In this document: positions 1 through 10,247 of the stretch, piece after piece
Layout of the letters: each line of letters starts with the position of its first letter
How positions within the stretch are numbered: position 1 is the first letter of the stretch
Assembly: GCA_040757335.1 (NCBI GenBank)
Contig: JBFLXB010000017.1
Span: 4,472-68,471 of the forward strand
Direction: 5' to 3'
DNA length: 64,000 nt
Origin: Nitrospirota bacterium
Lineage (GTDB): Bacteria; Nitrospirota; Nitrospiria; 2-01-FULL-66-17
Notes under the pieces: generated by a model
Database searches by the model: none
What the model was told of the DNA's origin: nothing
What the model saw: only the letters and a program-made list of their open reading frames with translations
Made by a program: the position numbers and the translations under genes

Positions 1-1510
1 CCGCGCCCGCTTCGAGCTGATCCGCGAGCCGCAGAAACCGCAGCAGGTGATCGGTGGTCCGTTTCAGCGCGTAGGGCACCATAGTACCGGTCTTCATGAT
101 GAACGCCCAATCGGACGCCTGGGCCAGCAACAATTCGCGGAGCGCCTGCGTGGTGGCGCGGTGCTGGAGGGTGCCTGGTCCGGGGTCGCAGGCTGCGAGC
201 GCTTCCATGCGGCGTGAGGCGTGGTGGAGGTGGCGGTAGATCCAATCGTTGGTGCCGTTCAGCCAGACTTCGTAGTAGCCGTTGTGGCCCCAACTCGAGG
301 CACCGGGTTCCACCACTTGGTTGGTCGGGTGGCGGTCCAAGTACTCCGACGGGGTGATCGGTTCGATCTGATTCTGGTCGAAGTGCAGCTTGCGAAAGAG
401 CAGGTCCATCCACATCGGGCCTTCGAACCACCAGTGGCCGAAGAGTTCCGCGTCGTACGGCGCTACCACGATGGGCGGTCGATCCATGGCTCCCGCCAGG
501 TAGTTGATCTGGAGTTGGCGGTTGAAGAGGAAGTTGCCGGCGTGTTCGGCTGCGCGCTCGCGCGCCCACGCGGGGATGTAGGGCTCTTTGTGATTCGTCC
601 GGCCGGTGATCCGGAAGTATTTGATCCCGGTGTTGTACTGGGGTCCGAGATGGGGAAGGTGGCCGCGGATGTAGTGAACGGGGAGATCGAACCCCACGTC
701 GCGGTAGTACTCCCGATAGTTGAAATCACCGGGATACCCTTCGATCGCGCTCCAGACCTGCTTGGAGGACTCGATGTCTCGCCCGAAGGCGACGACGCCC
801 GAAGGGCAATACACCGGCGCGTGCAGCCCGAAGCGCGGTCTGGGCTTGGCGTGCAACAGGCCGTGGCTCTCCATGACAAAAAAGCGCAGGCCCTCGTCAG
901 CCAGCATCTTGTCGAGGCCCGGCGCGTACGCGCATTCGGGCAGCCACATCCCGCGAGGATCGCGTCCGAACGCGCGACGGTACGAGTCCACCGCCACACG
1001 GATCTGCGCGCGTACCGCGCTCGGGACCAGCCCCAGCAGGGGCAGGAACCCGTGCGTCGCCGCGCACGTGACGATCTCCACATGGCCCCGGTCTTGAAAC
1101 CCGCGAAACGCTGCGGTCAAGTCCTGGCCGTATTGGGAGACGAAGCGCTCGCGACTGCGCTCGAAACGCTCGCGATAGAAGGTGGCCAGGGGTCCGAATG
1201 CGGTATCGCCGGTCAGGCGCTGCTCTTCGGATCTCGCCAGGGCGATGCGTTGATCGAAGTAACGGACCAGGCGGCCGCGCAGCAGGGGGTCGTCGAACAT
1301 GGCCACCAGTGAGGGAGTCAGCGTCATGGTCAACCGGTAGTTCACCCCCTTGGCGTCCAAGCCTTCGAGAACTTCCAGGATGGGCAGATACGTGTCGGCG
1401 ACGGCTTCGTAGTACCAGTTCTCCTCCAGGAAGTGTTCGTATTCCGGATGGCGCACGAACGGCAGGTGAGCGTGCAGCAGCAGGCACAGATACCCGCGAG
1501 GGGCGCTCAT
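1..1510 (-). CDS. GH57-family 1,4-alpha-glucan branching enzyme (N-terminal ~503 aa; C-terminus runs off the window start)
   Basis: My own minus-strand translation from ATG 1508-1510 (ATGA overlap with the stop of 1507..2406) reads MSAPRGYLCLLLHAHLPFVRHPEYEHFLEENWYYEAVADTYLPILEVLE..EIVTCAATHGFLPLL..MWLPECAY..APYDAELFGHWWFEGP. The frame stays open to position 1, which is why it is absent from the ORF track. The motifs are typical of GH57 branching enzymes. Confidence 0.85.
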   Translation of the reverse strand, partial: MSAPRGYLCLLLHAHLPFVRHPEYEHFLEENWYYEAVADTYLPILEVLEGLDAKGVNYRLTMTLTPSLVAMFDDPLLRGRLVRYFDQRIALARSEEQRLTGDTAFGPLATFYRERFERSRERFVSQYGQDLTAAFRGFQDRGHVEIVTCAATHGFLPLLGLVPSAVRAQIRVAVDSYRRAFGRDPRGMWLPECAYAPGLDKMLADEGLRFFVMESHGLLHAKPRPRFGLHAPVYCPSGVVAFGRDIESSKQVWSAIEGYPGDFNYREYYRDVGFDLPVHYIRGHLPHLGPQYNTGIKYFRITGRTNHKEPYIPAWARERAAEHAGNFLFNRQLQINYLAGAMDRPPIVVAPYDAELFGHWWFEGPMWMDLLFRKLHFDQNQIEPITPSEYLDRHPTNQVVEPGASSWGHNGYYEVWLNGTNDWIYRHLHHASRRMEALAACDPGPGTLQHRATTQALRELLLAQASDWAFIMKTGTMVPYALKRTTDHLLRFLRLADQLEAGA

Positions 1511-2406
1511 GGCCGGTCTCCCCATCCGTTTACACCCACGGGTTCACCGGAAGTCACGATACGGCCGTTGCGTACCGTCAACCATCGCTCGGCTCCGCCT
1601 TCATCCGAGGCGTTGCGCGGCGTGGCGACCTGGTTGGAACGCATTGCGGCTGCAAAGCGCCCATCGCGGGCGCGCCAGCCGATCTCGAAGATCAAGGTCT
1701 GGTTCGGGCTCCACAGATGGATGTAATAATTTCCTACCTCTCCGGCAATGTCGAAGTCAAAATGATGACGGGCGCGCACCACCAACGCCCCATTGTCGCC
1801 GTCGTGAGAAGGCGCGTCCGCCACGTCATACGCCCGCAGGACCTGGCTGGCGCCATCCCACCACGGGCCGAGGTGGGCCCGAACCTTGGCGATCGCGTCG
1901 GCCGCGAGCTCCCAATAGACGTGTACCAGGACTGGATCAACCGGCATGGCCACCAGCTCGGTCACCCCGTATCGCCACGGAAGGCCGGCTACCGCAGGCG
2001 GTGGCGTTGGCGCGATCGACGCGCACCAGCCGCTGCCGCTGGACGCCGCGGCCGCCGGCTGGTCGGCGAGCCGAACCAGCGCGGCGCGCAGCTGAGCCAG
2101 GGTCATCCGATGGCGGCTGGGAATAGCCGCGGCCTTGGCCTGCGCGAGCAACTCGCTGCGCGGCAGTGAGGTCGAGCGCGTGGGCTCCGGCGTCGCGTGC
2201 GAGGTGTCTTGCGCGGCCGGCTTTGCGGTCGCACGAGCGGGGGCGGCGCGTTTGACCCGTTTGGGCGCGGCGGCCTTTTTCGCGGCCGCCGGTTTCTTTT
2301 TGATCGCCGGGGTCCGCTTGACCGCGACCGGGGCGCGGCTCGAACGAGCGGCTCGCGAGCCGGTCCTCTGCGACGACTTCAGTTTGCGAGGGCGTTTGCT
2401 AGCCAA
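1507..2406 (-). CDS. DUF4912-like protein with K/A/P-rich basic N-terminal tail (glycogen-cluster associated)
   Basis: 299-aa ORF. The C-terminal half (WRYGVTELVAMPVDPVLVHVYWEL..GNYYIHLW) matches my recollection of DUF4912, which usually sits beside GH57 enzymes. The N-terminus is KKKPAAAKKAAAPKR-like, followed by a Rho_N/SAP-like helix (MTLAQLRAALVRLA). Overlaps the glgA stop by 8 nt. Confidence 0.6.
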   Translation of the reverse strand: MASKRPRKLKSSQRTGSRAARSSRAPVAVKRTPAIKKKPAAAKKAAAPKRVKRAAPARATAKPAAQDTSHATPEPTRSTSLPRSELLAQAKAAAIPSRHRMTLAQLRAALVRLADQPAAAASSGSGWCASIAPTPPPAVAGLPWRYGVTELVAMPVDPVLVHVYWELAADAIAKVRAHLGPWWDGASQVLRAYDVADAPSHDGDNGALVVRARHHFDFDIAGEVGNYYIHLWSPNQTLIFEIGWRARDGRFAAAMRSNQVATPRNASDEGGAERWLTVRNGRIVTSGEPVGVNGWGDRP

Positions 2407-3868
2407 GGGGTCTCCTCGGAGGTTGGATGATCGCGCGACGGTACGCGTCCACGTAGTGCTCGGCAGACCGCTCCCACCCGAAATCGCTGCGCATCGCGCT
2501 GATCATCAGCCGTTTCCAGCCCGCGCGATCGCGGCGAATCGCCAGCGCCAGTTCGACCGCTCGCAAGAGATTCTCGGCCGTGCAGGGGCGAAAGAGGAAC
2601 CCGGTCGCCGTCTCTTCGATCGCGCTCCGTGGGGTGTAGTCCACGATCGTGTCGGCCAGCCCGCCGGTTTGATGAGCCACCGGCACGGCGCCGTAACGCA
2701 TCGCGTACAGTTGACTGAGTCCGCAGGGCTCATACCGAGAAGGCATCAGAAAGATGTCTGCGCCGGCCATGAAGCGGTGGGCCAATGCATCGTCGAACGT
2801 GAGCGCAACGGCCATTCGCTCCGGCCGCTTGGCGGCCCAGTCGCGCAGCGCAGCCTCATAGGGCCCGTCGCCGGTTCCCAACACCACGAGGCGAAGATCT
2901 ACCATCAAGAGTTCGGGCAGGAGCGAGATGAGAAGATCCACGCCCTTTTGCTCCACCAGGCGCGTCACCATCGCTAGGACCGGCCCAGGTCCCGGGGGCA
3001 GACCGGTCTGTTTCAGCAGGTCGTCGCGGCAGGCGGATTTCCCCCCCGGCTTGCTCGCGGAGAAGGGCGCGGCCAACATCGGGTCGTTGGCGGGATCCCA
3101 CTCGGCGCGGTCGATGCCGTTCAGGATTCCGACAATGTCTCCTCGGCGACTCGCCAAGACGCCGTGCAGTCCGTGGCTGAAGGGCTCGGCCTGGATCTCC
3201 TTGGCGTAGGTCGGGCTCACGGTGGTGATCAAATCCGCTGCGACCAACCCGCCTTTCAGCAAATTGACCTGACCGAAGAATTCGAGGCCGCTCATCGAGT
3301 ACCACCACGCCGGCAGTCCGGTGGCGCGAAACAGGTCGCCGCGGAAGGAGCCGTGGTAGCCCATGTTGTGAATGGTGAGCACAGTGCGGACCGGCGCCCG
3401 CGAGCGCTCGGACGCGAGGTACATGGGGATCAGCGCGGTTTGCCAGTCGTTACAGTGAAACACGTGGGGCGTCCACCCCAGTGTGGCCGGCAGCTCGAGG
3501 ACGGCGCGGGAGAAGAAGGCGAACCGCTCGAGGTTGTCGTCGGGGTCCCAGACCGGTGACTGATAGAGACCGTCGCGATCGAACCATCCGCGGTTATCCG
3601 CGATGGTATACACCGTGACGGCGCTTCCGGGAAGGGTTGCGCGGCCGACCGTTGCGGCCACCTCGCCCTGCGCGGTGCGAACCCGCATCGTGCTCAGCCG
3701 GTTGACGGGTCCTTCGAACGAGCGATACCGGGGCGTGACCACGCACACGTCGTGCCCCAGCGACGCGAGCGCTTTGGGCAGCGCGGACGCGACGTCCGCG
3801 AGTCCGCCGGTCTTGGAGAACGGCGCCACCTCGGATACGGCAAACAGAATACGCAGCGGATTATCCAT
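2399..3868 (-). CDS. glgA: glycogen (starch) synthase
   Basis: ORF 2399..3997. The conserved N-terminus [26 protein letters not shown] (KTGGL motif) starts at ATG 3866-3868. The 43 upstream codons overlap lipA and look non-coding. Confidence 0.9.
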   Translation of the reverse strand: MDNPLRILFAVSEVAPFSKTGGLADVASALPKALASLGHDVCVVTPRYRSFEGPVNRLSTMRVRTAQGEVAATVGRATLPGSAVTVYTIADNRGWFDRDGLYQSPVWDPDDNLERFAFFSRAVLELPATLGWTPHVFHCNDWQTALIPMYLASERSRAPVRTVLTIHNMGYHGSFRGDLFRATGLPAWWYSMSGLEFFGQVNLLKGGLVAADLITTVSPTYAKEIQAEPFSHGLHGVLASRRGDIVGILNGIDRAEWDPANDPMLAAPFSASKPGGKSACRDDLLKQTGLPPGPGPVLAMVTRLVEQKGVDLLISLLPELLMVDLRLVVLGTGDGPYEAALRDWAAKRPERMAVALTFDDALAHRFMAGADIFLMPSRYEPCGLSQLYAMRYGAVPVAHQTGGLADTIVDYTPRSAIEETATGFLFRPCTAENLLRAVELALAIRRDRAGWKRLMISAMRSDFGWERSAEHYVDAYRRAIIQPPRRPLG

Positions 3869-4814
3869 CCACGACCGCGTTCTGGTCTTGTCGCGCAGAC
3901 GCCGCCTGTTCCTCGGCGTGGTAGGAACTCCGTACCATGGGTCCGGCCTCGACGTGCACAAACCCCAGGGTGCGGGCCCGAGCGCCAAGGTCGTCAAACT
4001 CTTCAGGCCGGTAGTACCGCGACACCGGCAGATGCTCGCGCGTGGGCTGCAGATACTGGCCCACGGTCAAGATGTCGCACCCCACGCCCCGCAGATCAGC
4101 GAACACCGCACGCAGTTCATCGCTCGTTTCCCCCAAACCCACCATCACGCCGGTCTTGGTGACGCTTCCCGCGGCTTTAGCCTGTCGCAGCAGTCCGAGC
4201 GATCGTTCGTACCGTGCCTGCGGCCGGACGATCGGATAGAGCCGCGGCACGGTTTCGGTGTTGTGGTTGAGGATCGCGGGTTTCGCGGCGAGCACGGTCA
4301 GCAGGGCGGATTCCGTACCTTGAAAATCCGGGATCAACACCTCGATCGTGCAGTCGGGCTTCACCGTCCGGATCGCCCGGATCGTCTCGGCAAACACCGC
4401 GGCCCCGCCGTCCGGCAGCTCGTCGCGGTTGACCGAGGTCACCACCACGTGCCCGAGCCCCATGGCGCCGACCGCTCGGGCCACTCGTCGCGGTTCGTCC
4501 CAGTCGATGTCGGAGGGCCGGCCGGTTTTCACCGCGCAGAAACCGCACGAGCGCGTGCAGACGTCGCCCAGAATCATGAACGTGGCGGTGCCGCGGTTCC
4601 AACACTCCCAGAGATTCGGGCAGCGCGCCTCCTCGCAGACCGTGTGGAGCGTCCCCTCGCGAAACAACCCGCGAAGGCGAGCCAGGTCCTGACCCTGGCG
4701 CAAACGCACGCGGATCCAGGGCGGTAGGGCCTGGCGCGGCAACGGCTCGGTCGCCCGCGGCGGTCCCTTGCCGCGTCGCGTGGGCCCGCGGGTGATCTGG
4801 ATCAACTCGCTCAT
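3861..4814 (-). CDS. lipA: lipoyl synthase
   Basis: 317 aa containing [13 protein letters not shown] and the radical-SAM motif [14 protein letters not shown] overlap with the E2 stop at 4811. Confidence 0.93.
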   Translation of the reverse strand: MSELIQITRGPTRRGKGPPRATEPLPRQALPPWIRVRLRQGQDLARLRGLFREGTLHTVCEEARCPNLWECWNRGTATFMILGDVCTRSCGFCAVKTGRPSDIDWDEPRRVARAVGAMGLGHVVVTSVNRDELPDGGAAVFAETIRAIRTVKPDCTIEVLIPDFQGTESALLTVLAAKPAILNHNTETVPRLYPIVRPQARYERSLGLLRQAKAAGSVTKTGVMVGLGETSDELRAVFADLRGVGCDILTVGQYLQPTREHLPVSRYYRPEEFDDLGARARTLGFVHVEAGPMVRSSYHAEEQAASARQDQNAVVDG

Positions 4815-6067
4815 CGCAGCAATTGCCAGGGATTCTCGATCCGCGCGGCGACCTCTTCCAGGTACTTGGCCGCGATCACGCCGTCGATCACGCGATGATC
4901 CGCTGAGAGCGTGATGCGCATCCGATGGCCGGCCTCGACCCGTCCTTCGCGAATGACCGCCGTCTCGACGATCCGGCCCACGGCCAGGACCGCGGCCTCG
5001 GGCGGCGTGATAATCGCGGAAAACTCGTCCACGCGGAACATGCCGAGGTTGGACAGGCTGATGCCCGCACCCTGGTACTCCTCGGGCTTGAGCGCCTTGC
5101 GCCGGGCGCGGTCGGTCAAATCAGCCAGCGCCTCGGCGATCTGGCCAACCGACTTCCGATCCGCGTCGCGCACCACCGGCGTGATGATGCCGTCCTCCAG
5201 CGCCACGGCCACCCCCACGTGGGCACCCGCGCGGAACACCACCGCGTCTCCGGCGAACGACGCGTTGACGCGCGGTACCGCGAGCAGCGCCTGCCCCATG
5301 GCCTTGACCAAGAGCTCCGTCACGCCGATTTTGGGGCCGGCGGTGTCTGCGAACCGGGTTTTGACCTCCAGCAAGGGTCCTGCATTGATCTCGGTCGTGA
5401 CGTAAAAGTGCGGTATGGTCGCCTTGCTTTCCGTCATGCGTTTGGCGATGGTCGCGCGCATGAGGGACAATGGCTCGCGGCGGTCACCTGCGCTCGGGGG
5501 CGTGGTGACCGCCGGCGTTGGGCTGGTTGCCGCAGCCGCCACGTCGCGTTCCACGATCCGGCCGCCGGGTCCGGTCCCGCGAATCGCGCGCAGATCAATG
5601 CCGCGCTGCTCCGCCAGCCTACGAGCGAGCGGCGACGCCGTGACTGTCCCGGGAGTCTCAGACGCCGCGGGCGCCGAGCGTTGGGCCACTTCTGCGAGCA
5701 CGCTGGCCTGGATGGACGGGGGGACCGGCTTTGCGGGTGTGACCGGCGGCCCTTCCGTGCCGGTCGGGGCGAACGGTCGAACCTGTTCCGCCTTGGAGCC
5801 TTCGGCCAGGAGGGCATCGATCGACTCCTGGTCGCCCGCAATCACGCCCAACAACGCCCCCACCGGCACGCGCGCGCCCTCAGGCACCATTTGCTTGCGG
5901 AGCACGCCGTCGGTGTATGCCTCCAGTTCCAATACGGCCTTGTCCGTTTCCACCTCCGCCACCACATCGCCGCTCGCCACGCCCTCTCCCTCGCGCTTGA
6001 GCCATTTCACCAGCACGCCTTCTTCCATGGTGTCGGAGAGCTTGGGCATGATAATACGACCGGCCAT
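4811..6067 (-). CDS. pdhC: 2-oxoacid (pyruvate) dehydrogenase complex E2 dihydrolipoamide acyltransferase
   Basis: Has a lipoyl domain ([24 protein letters not shown]), a subunit-binding domain ([15 protein letters not shown]) and the catalytic DHRVIDG motif. I prefer the start at ATG 6065-6067 ([10 protein letters not shown]); the ORF-track start at 6091 lies inside the repeat element. Confidence 0.88.
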   Translation of the reverse strand: MAGRIIMPKLSDTMEEGVLVKWLKREGEGVASGDVVAEVETDKAVLELEAYTDGVLRKQMVPEGARVPVGALLGVIAGDQESIDALLAEGSKAEQVRPFAPTGTEGPPVTPAKPVPPSIQASVLAEVAQRSAPAASETPGTVTASPLARRLAEQRGIDLRAIRGTGPGGRIVERDVAAAATSPTPAVTTPPSAGDRREPLSLMRATIAKRMTESKATIPHFYVTTEINAGPLLEVKTRFADTAGPKIGVTELLVKAMGQALLAVPRVNASFAGDAVVFRAGAHVGVAVALEDGIITPVVRDADRKSVGQIAEALADLTDRARRKALKPEEYQGAGISLSNLGMFRVDEFSAIITPPEAAVLAVGRIVETAVIREGRVEAGHRMRITLSADHRVIDGVIAAKYLEEVAARIENPWQLLR

Positions 6068-6080
6068 CGGTGGTCCTAAG

Positions 6081-6203
6081 AGCCTGTCCATGAAAGGCCA
6101 TCTGCGGCGTTGCCGCTTGCGCGCCGGTCCTCACGTACATACAGAGTACGCTCCGGTCCGGTGCTCAGCGGCGCCTTGCATCTGGCGCTTTCCTGAACAG
6201 GCT
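6081..6203 (+). repeat. Interspersed ~123-bp imperfect-palindrome repeat, copy A (between pdhB stop and E2 start)
   Basis: AGCCTGTCCATGAAAGGCCATCTGCGGCGTTGCCGC..CCTCACGTAC..AGTACGCTCCGGTCCGGTGCTC..GCGGCGCCTTGCATCTGGCGCTTTCCTGAACAGGCT. It aligns end to end with the copies at 53044, 63298, 51716 and (reverse) 29368. Confidence 0.85.
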
Positions 6204-6249
6204 CCATAGGGCGCTCTCAAAACAACAGACAAGCTTCTAGTAGAGATCC

Positions 6250-7257
6250 TTATACGAGATACAACGCTTTCTTAACCGCTGCGGCAATCCGTCCCGCCTC
6301 GGGCACGGTGGCGGCCTCCAAGGGTCGCGCGTACGGCAGCGGCACGTCCAAACTTGTGACACGCTCGACCGGCGCGTCCAGCTCGTCGAAGGCCTCGGCC
6401 GAAATCTTGGCCGCGATCTCGGCGGCGACGCCGCAGAAGGTCCAGCCTTCCTGCACCACCACCGCGCGCTTGGTCTTGCGCACCGACGCCAACACCGTGT
6501 CCCAGTCGAACGGCCGCAACGTGCGCGGGTCCACCACTTCCACCTCGATGCCCTCCGCGGCCAGCGTATCGGCGGCGGCCAGGGCTTCGCGCACCATCTT
6601 GGAGTACGCAATGACCGCGCAGTCGCGACCCGGCCGCACGATCGCCGCAACGCCCAGCGGGATCAGGTCCTCGGCCTGCGGCACCTCGCCGGTTGCTCCG
6701 TACAGCAGCTCCGATTCGATCACCAGCACCGGGTTGTCATCGCGAATCGCAGACTTGAGCAGTCCGCGCGCGTCGCGCGGGGTGCCGGGCGCGCAGACTT
6801 TGAGGCCCGGCACGTGACAGAACCACGCCTCCAGCGCTTGCGAGTGCTGGGCCGCGAGTTGGCGCGCGGAACCGCCCGGGCCGCGGATTACCATGGGCAC
6901 GGAGACTTGACCGCCGGACATGTAATGAACCTTGGCTGCCGTATTGACGATCGAGTCCATGGCCGCCACCGCGAAGTTGAACGTCATCACCTCTACCACC
7001 GGCCGCAAGCCCGCCATGGCCGCGCCCACCCCTGCGCCCACGAACCCGGCTTCGGCGATGGGCGTGTCGATCACGCGTCGTTTGCCGAATTCCTGGAGCA
7101 GCCCTTTAGTCACTTTGTACGCGCCCTGGTAGGCGCCGACTTCCTCGCCCATGATGAAGACGCGGTCGTCGCGGTGCATCTCTTCGCGCAACGCCAGGTT
7201 CAAGGCGTCGCGGTACGCCATCACGGACATGGGAAAGAACCCTGTTTGCTGGTGCAC
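6250..7257 (-). CDS. pdhB: pyruvate/2-oxoacid dehydrogenase E1 component beta subunit
   Basis: 335-aa ORF containing YRDALNLALREEMHRDDRVFIMGEEVGAYQGAYKVTKGLLQEFG..RVIDTPIAEAGF. An alternative start at ATG 7228-7230 (MSVMAY) is possible. Confidence 0.9.
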   Translation of the reverse strand: MHQQTGFFPMSVMAYRDALNLALREEMHRDDRVFIMGEEVGAYQGAYKVTKGLLQEFGKRRVIDTPIAEAGFVGAGVGAAMAGLRPVVEVMTFNFAVAAMDSIVNTAAKVHYMSGGQVSVPMVIRGPGGSARQLAAQHSQALEAWFCHVPGLKVCAPGTPRDARGLLKSAIRDDNPVLVIESELLYGATGEVPQAEDLIPLGVAAIVRPGRDCAVIAYSKMVREALAAADTLAAEGIEVEVVDPRTLRPFDWDTVLASVRKTKRAVVVQEGWTFCGVAAEIAAKISAEAFDELDAPVERVTSLDVPLPYARPLEAATVPEAGRIAAAVKKALYLV

Positions 7258-8217
7258 TTACGCATAGACGTCCTCTACGATCGCCTCCGGCGGCAGCACC
7301 GGGCTTGCCTCCGCGAACGCCACGGCGTCGTCCACGATCCGCCGTACCTCCTGGTCGATCTCCGCGAGCCCCTCGTCCGTGGCAAGGCCCTTTTCTTTGA
7401 GCAGCTTCGGGAAGGTCTTGATTGGATCGCGGGATTTTTCGTGTTCCAGCTCTTCCCTTGTTCGGTACACGCCGTGCGCAGGGTCCCGCATGGAGTGCCC
7501 CACGAACCGGTAGGTCTTGGCCTCGATCAGCACGGGAGTGCGGTCTTTCCGCGCCCGGCGCACCGCATCGCCGACACGGTCACGCACCGCGAGCACATCC
7601 ATGCCGTCCACCACGTCGTGCGCCATGCCGTAGGCCTCGGCCTTTTCGTGCAAGTGTTCCGGTCGGCTCATGGCCACGGCGATCGGTGTCCCCATCCCGA
7701 AGTGATTGTTCTCGCACACGAACACCACGGGCAGGTTCCACAGCGCGGCCAGATTGAGGGCCTCGTGGAACATGCCGCCATTAACCGCCCCGTCGCCGAA
7801 AAAACAGGCCGCAACCTGGTCGCCCCCGCGGTACGAGATCGCCAGCCCCACGCCCACCGCCAGCGCCAAGTGCTCGCCCACGATCGCGTAGCCGCCGAGG
7901 AACCCGCGCGGCGCATCGAAAAGATGCATGGAGCCGCCTTTGCCGCGGCATAGGCCGGTGGCTTTGCCGAAGAGTTCGGCCATCACCGCCTTGGGGTCGC
8001 TGCCACGCGCCAGCGCATGACCGTGATCGCGATAATACACGAGCACGTAATCGTCGGGCCGCAGCGCGGCGATCGCACCCGTGGCCACCGCCTCCTGCCC
8101 GTTGTAGAGGTGACAAAATCCGCCGATCTTTCCCAACGTGTACATTTCCGCCGCGCGCTCTTCGAATCGGCGGATCAACAACATGGTGCGATATAGCGCG
8201 ACAATGTCGTCGGGCAT
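7258..8217 (-). CDS. pdhA: pyruvate/2-oxoacid dehydrogenase E1 component alpha subunit (TPP-dependent)
   Basis: 319 aa with RRFEERAAEMYTLGKIGGFCHLYNGQEA and the TPP motif GDGAVNGGMFHEALNLAALWNLPVVFVCENN. Directly abuts pdhB. Confidence 0.9.
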   Translation of the reverse strand: MPDDIVALYRTMLLIRRFEERAAEMYTLGKIGGFCHLYNGQEAVATGAIAALRPDDYVLVYYRDHGHALARGSDPKAVMAELFGKATGLCRGKGGSMHLFDAPRGFLGGYAIVGEHLALAVGVGLAISYRGGDQVAACFFGDGAVNGGMFHEALNLAALWNLPVVFVCENNHFGMGTPIAVAMSRPEHLHEKAEAYGMAHDVVDGMDVLAVRDRVGDAVRRARKDRTPVLIEAKTYRFVGHSMRDPAHGVYRTREELEHEKSRDPIKTFPKLLKEKGLATDEGLAEIDQEVRRIVDDAVAFAEASPVLPPEAIVEDVYA

Positions 8218-8259
8218 GGCGTGGGGTAAACGAGGATCAAACAGCGTAGAGCCGTGGGG

Positions 8260-8289
8260 ATCTTAGCGACCGGCAGAACGGGAAGTCAA
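8260..8289 (-). promoter_or_regulatory. putative sigma70-type promoter upstream of the pdh operon (TTGACT-N18-TAAGAT)
   Basis: The minus strand reads TTGACTtcccgttctgccggtcgcTAAGAT, about 43 nt upstream of the pdhA ATG. It is preceded by the hairpin GCTCGttcaggagCGAGC just after the dxs stop. Confidence 0.3.
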
Positions 8290-8329
8290 TGGGCGCCGGC
8301 GTCGCTTCCCCGGCTCGCTCCTGAACGAG

Positions 8330-10243
8330 CTAGACAGGCTCCGAGACCTCGATCGGCGCCTTGAGAAACGCGGCCACGCGTTGCGCCACACCTTCGGGGT
8401 CGAGCCCGTGGTGCTTCCGTAACAGAGATTGGGCGCCGTGTTCCACGAACGCGTCCGGCAGCCCGATCCGGCGGACTTCCACGCCCCGAACATCGGCCTG
8501 CTCGAACAGCTCCAGCACGGCGCTGCCGAATCCGCCCATCAACACATGGTCTTCTATCGTGACGACCCGGCGCACGCGTTCGGCCACGTCGAGCAGCAAT
8601 TCGCGGTCCAGGGGTTTGACGAACCGGGCGTTGACCACCGTCGCGGCCACCCCGCGGTCGCGCAACAGATCCGCGGCTCTCAACGCCACGGGTACCATGG
8701 CGCCGATCGCCACCAGCGCCACGTCGTCGCCGTCGCGCAAAATTTCGCCGCGGCCGATCGGCAACGGCACGATCGTGGGGTCCAGGGCAACGCCCTCGGA
8801 CTCGCCCCGCGGGTAACGCAGGGCACAAGGGCCGGGGTGCATCAGCCCGGTCAGCAGCATGTGGCGCAATTCGTTTTCGTCCTTGGGGGCCATGACCACG
8901 ATGTTCGGTACGTGCCGCAGGTACGCGAAATCGAACGCGCCGTGGTGCGTGGCGCCGTCTTCGCCCACCAGTCCACCCCGGTCCATACAGAACAGCACCG
9001 GCAGATTTTGGAGGCACACGTCGTGGACGACCTGATCGTATGCGCGCTGGAGGAACGTCGAATAGATCGCCACCACGGGCCGCGCGCCGTCCACCGTCAA
9101 CCCCGCGGCGAAGGTGACGGCGTGTTGCTCGGCGATCCCCACGTCGTAGTACCGATTCGGAAACTCTTTCGCGAACAGGTTCAGGCCCGTGCCCTCGGGC
9201 ATGGCCGCGGTGATGGCTACGACCTCGGGTCGCTCGCGGGCCAGTTGGATCAAGGTGTTGGCGAACACCGAGGTGTACGACGGCCGGCCGGACTTTTTCT
9301 TGAACAGTCCGGTCGCGGGATCGAACGGCGTCACCCCGTGGAACGCAATCGGGTCGCGCTCCGCCGGTTCGTAGCCCTTGCCCTTCTTGGTGATCACGTG
9401 AACGAGCAGTGGACCGGACAGGCGTTTGACGTTTTCGAACGTCGTGACCAGATGGTCCAGGCGATGGCCGTCGATGGGGCCGATGTACCGGAAGCCCATC
9501 TCTTCGAACAGCAACCCGGGCACCAGCAGCCCCTTCATGCTCTCTTCGGCTCGCTTGGCCATTTTGAGCATGGGTTTGCCGATTTTCGGAATGTTCCGGA
9601 GAATGGTTTCGGTCTCTTCCTTGACCCTCGTGTACAGCTTGCCCGTGATCAGGCGGGTCAGATAGGCGGACAAGGCCCCGACGTTCTCCGAGATCGCCAT
9701 GGTGTTGTCGTTCAAGACCACGATCAAGTCGGTCTTGAGCGCGCCGGCCTGGTTGAGCCCTTCGAACGCCATCCCGGCGGTCATGGATCCATCACCGATG
9801 ATGGCGATCACTTTGTGCGCGGCGTCGTGTTCTGACCCTGGACTCAGCAGGTCTCGCGCCTTGGCCATGCCCAGGGCGGCCGAGATCGACGTGGCGGCGT
9901 GCCCCGCGCCGAAGGTGTCATACGGGCTTTCGTTGCGCCGCAAAAACCCGCTGATGCCGTTCCACTGGCGGAGCGTGGCGAACCGGTCGCGTCGACCCGT
10001 CAGGATCTTGTGCGCGTAGGCCTGGTACCCCACGTCCCACACCAGCCGGTCCCGCGGGGTGTCGAACACGTAGTGCAGCGCGACGTTGAGATCCACCGCG
10101 CCCAGCGGGCCCGCGAAGTGCCCCCCGTTGGCCGCGAGCGTCCGCACGATGACCTCGCGCAGTTCCGCCGCGACCTGAGGGAGCTGTTCCGGCGCGAGCC
10201 GGCGCAGATCTTCGGGGCGATTGATTTCGTCGAGCAACGCCAT
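8330..10243 (-). CDS. dxs: 1-deoxy-D-xylulose-5-phosphate synthase
   Basis: ORF 8330..10354. The conserved N-terminus [16 protein letters not shown] starts at ATG 10241-10243, 4 nt after the ispA stop. Contains [12 protein letters not shown] and [15 protein letters not shown] motifs. Confidence 0.93.
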   Translation of the reverse strand: MALLDEINRPEDLRRLAPEQLPQVAAELREVIVRTLAANGGHFAGPLGAVDLNVALHYVFDTPRDRLVWDVGYQAYAHKILTGRRDRFATLRQWNGISGFLRRNESPYDTFGAGHAATSISAALGMAKARDLLSPGSEHDAAHKVIAIIGDGSMTAGMAFEGLNQAGALKTDLIVVLNDNTMAISENVGALSAYLTRLITGKLYTRVKEETETILRNIPKIGKPMLKMAKRAEESMKGLLVPGLLFEEMGFRYIGPIDGHRLDHLVTTFENVKRLSGPLLVHVITKKGKGYEPAERDPIAFHGVTPFDPATGLFKKKSGRPSYTSVFANTLIQLARERPEVVAITAAMPEGTGLNLFAKEFPNRYYDVGIAEQHAVTFAAGLTVDGARPVVAIYSTFLQRAYDQVVHDVCLQNLPVLFCMDRGGLVGEDGATHHGAFDFAYLRHVPNIVVMAPKDENELRHMLLTGLMHPGPCALRYPRGESEGVALDPTIVPLPIGRGEILRDGDDVALVAIGAMVPVALRAADLLRDRGVAATVVNARFVKPLDRELLLDVAERVRRVVTIEDHVLMGGFGSAVLELFEQADVRGVEVRRIGLPDAFVEHGAQSLLRKHHGLDPEGVAQRVAAFLKAPIEVSEPV

Positions 10244-10247
10244 GGGA

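Noticed and set aside
221-1312. 363-aa plus-strand ORF, with several overlapping ORFs at 463-1487
   Set aside because: It is antisense to the strongly conserved GH57 frame. Its composition is R/A/G/V/P-biased and motif-free, as expected for shadow ORFs in ~65% GC DNA.
6068-6091. E2 start codon at 6089-6091, as given in the ORF track
   Set aside because: That ATG lies inside the left arm of the interspersed repeat (the same CCATGAA occurs in copy E), so it is probably fortuitous. ATG 6065-6067, immediately before the lipoyl domain, is preferred.
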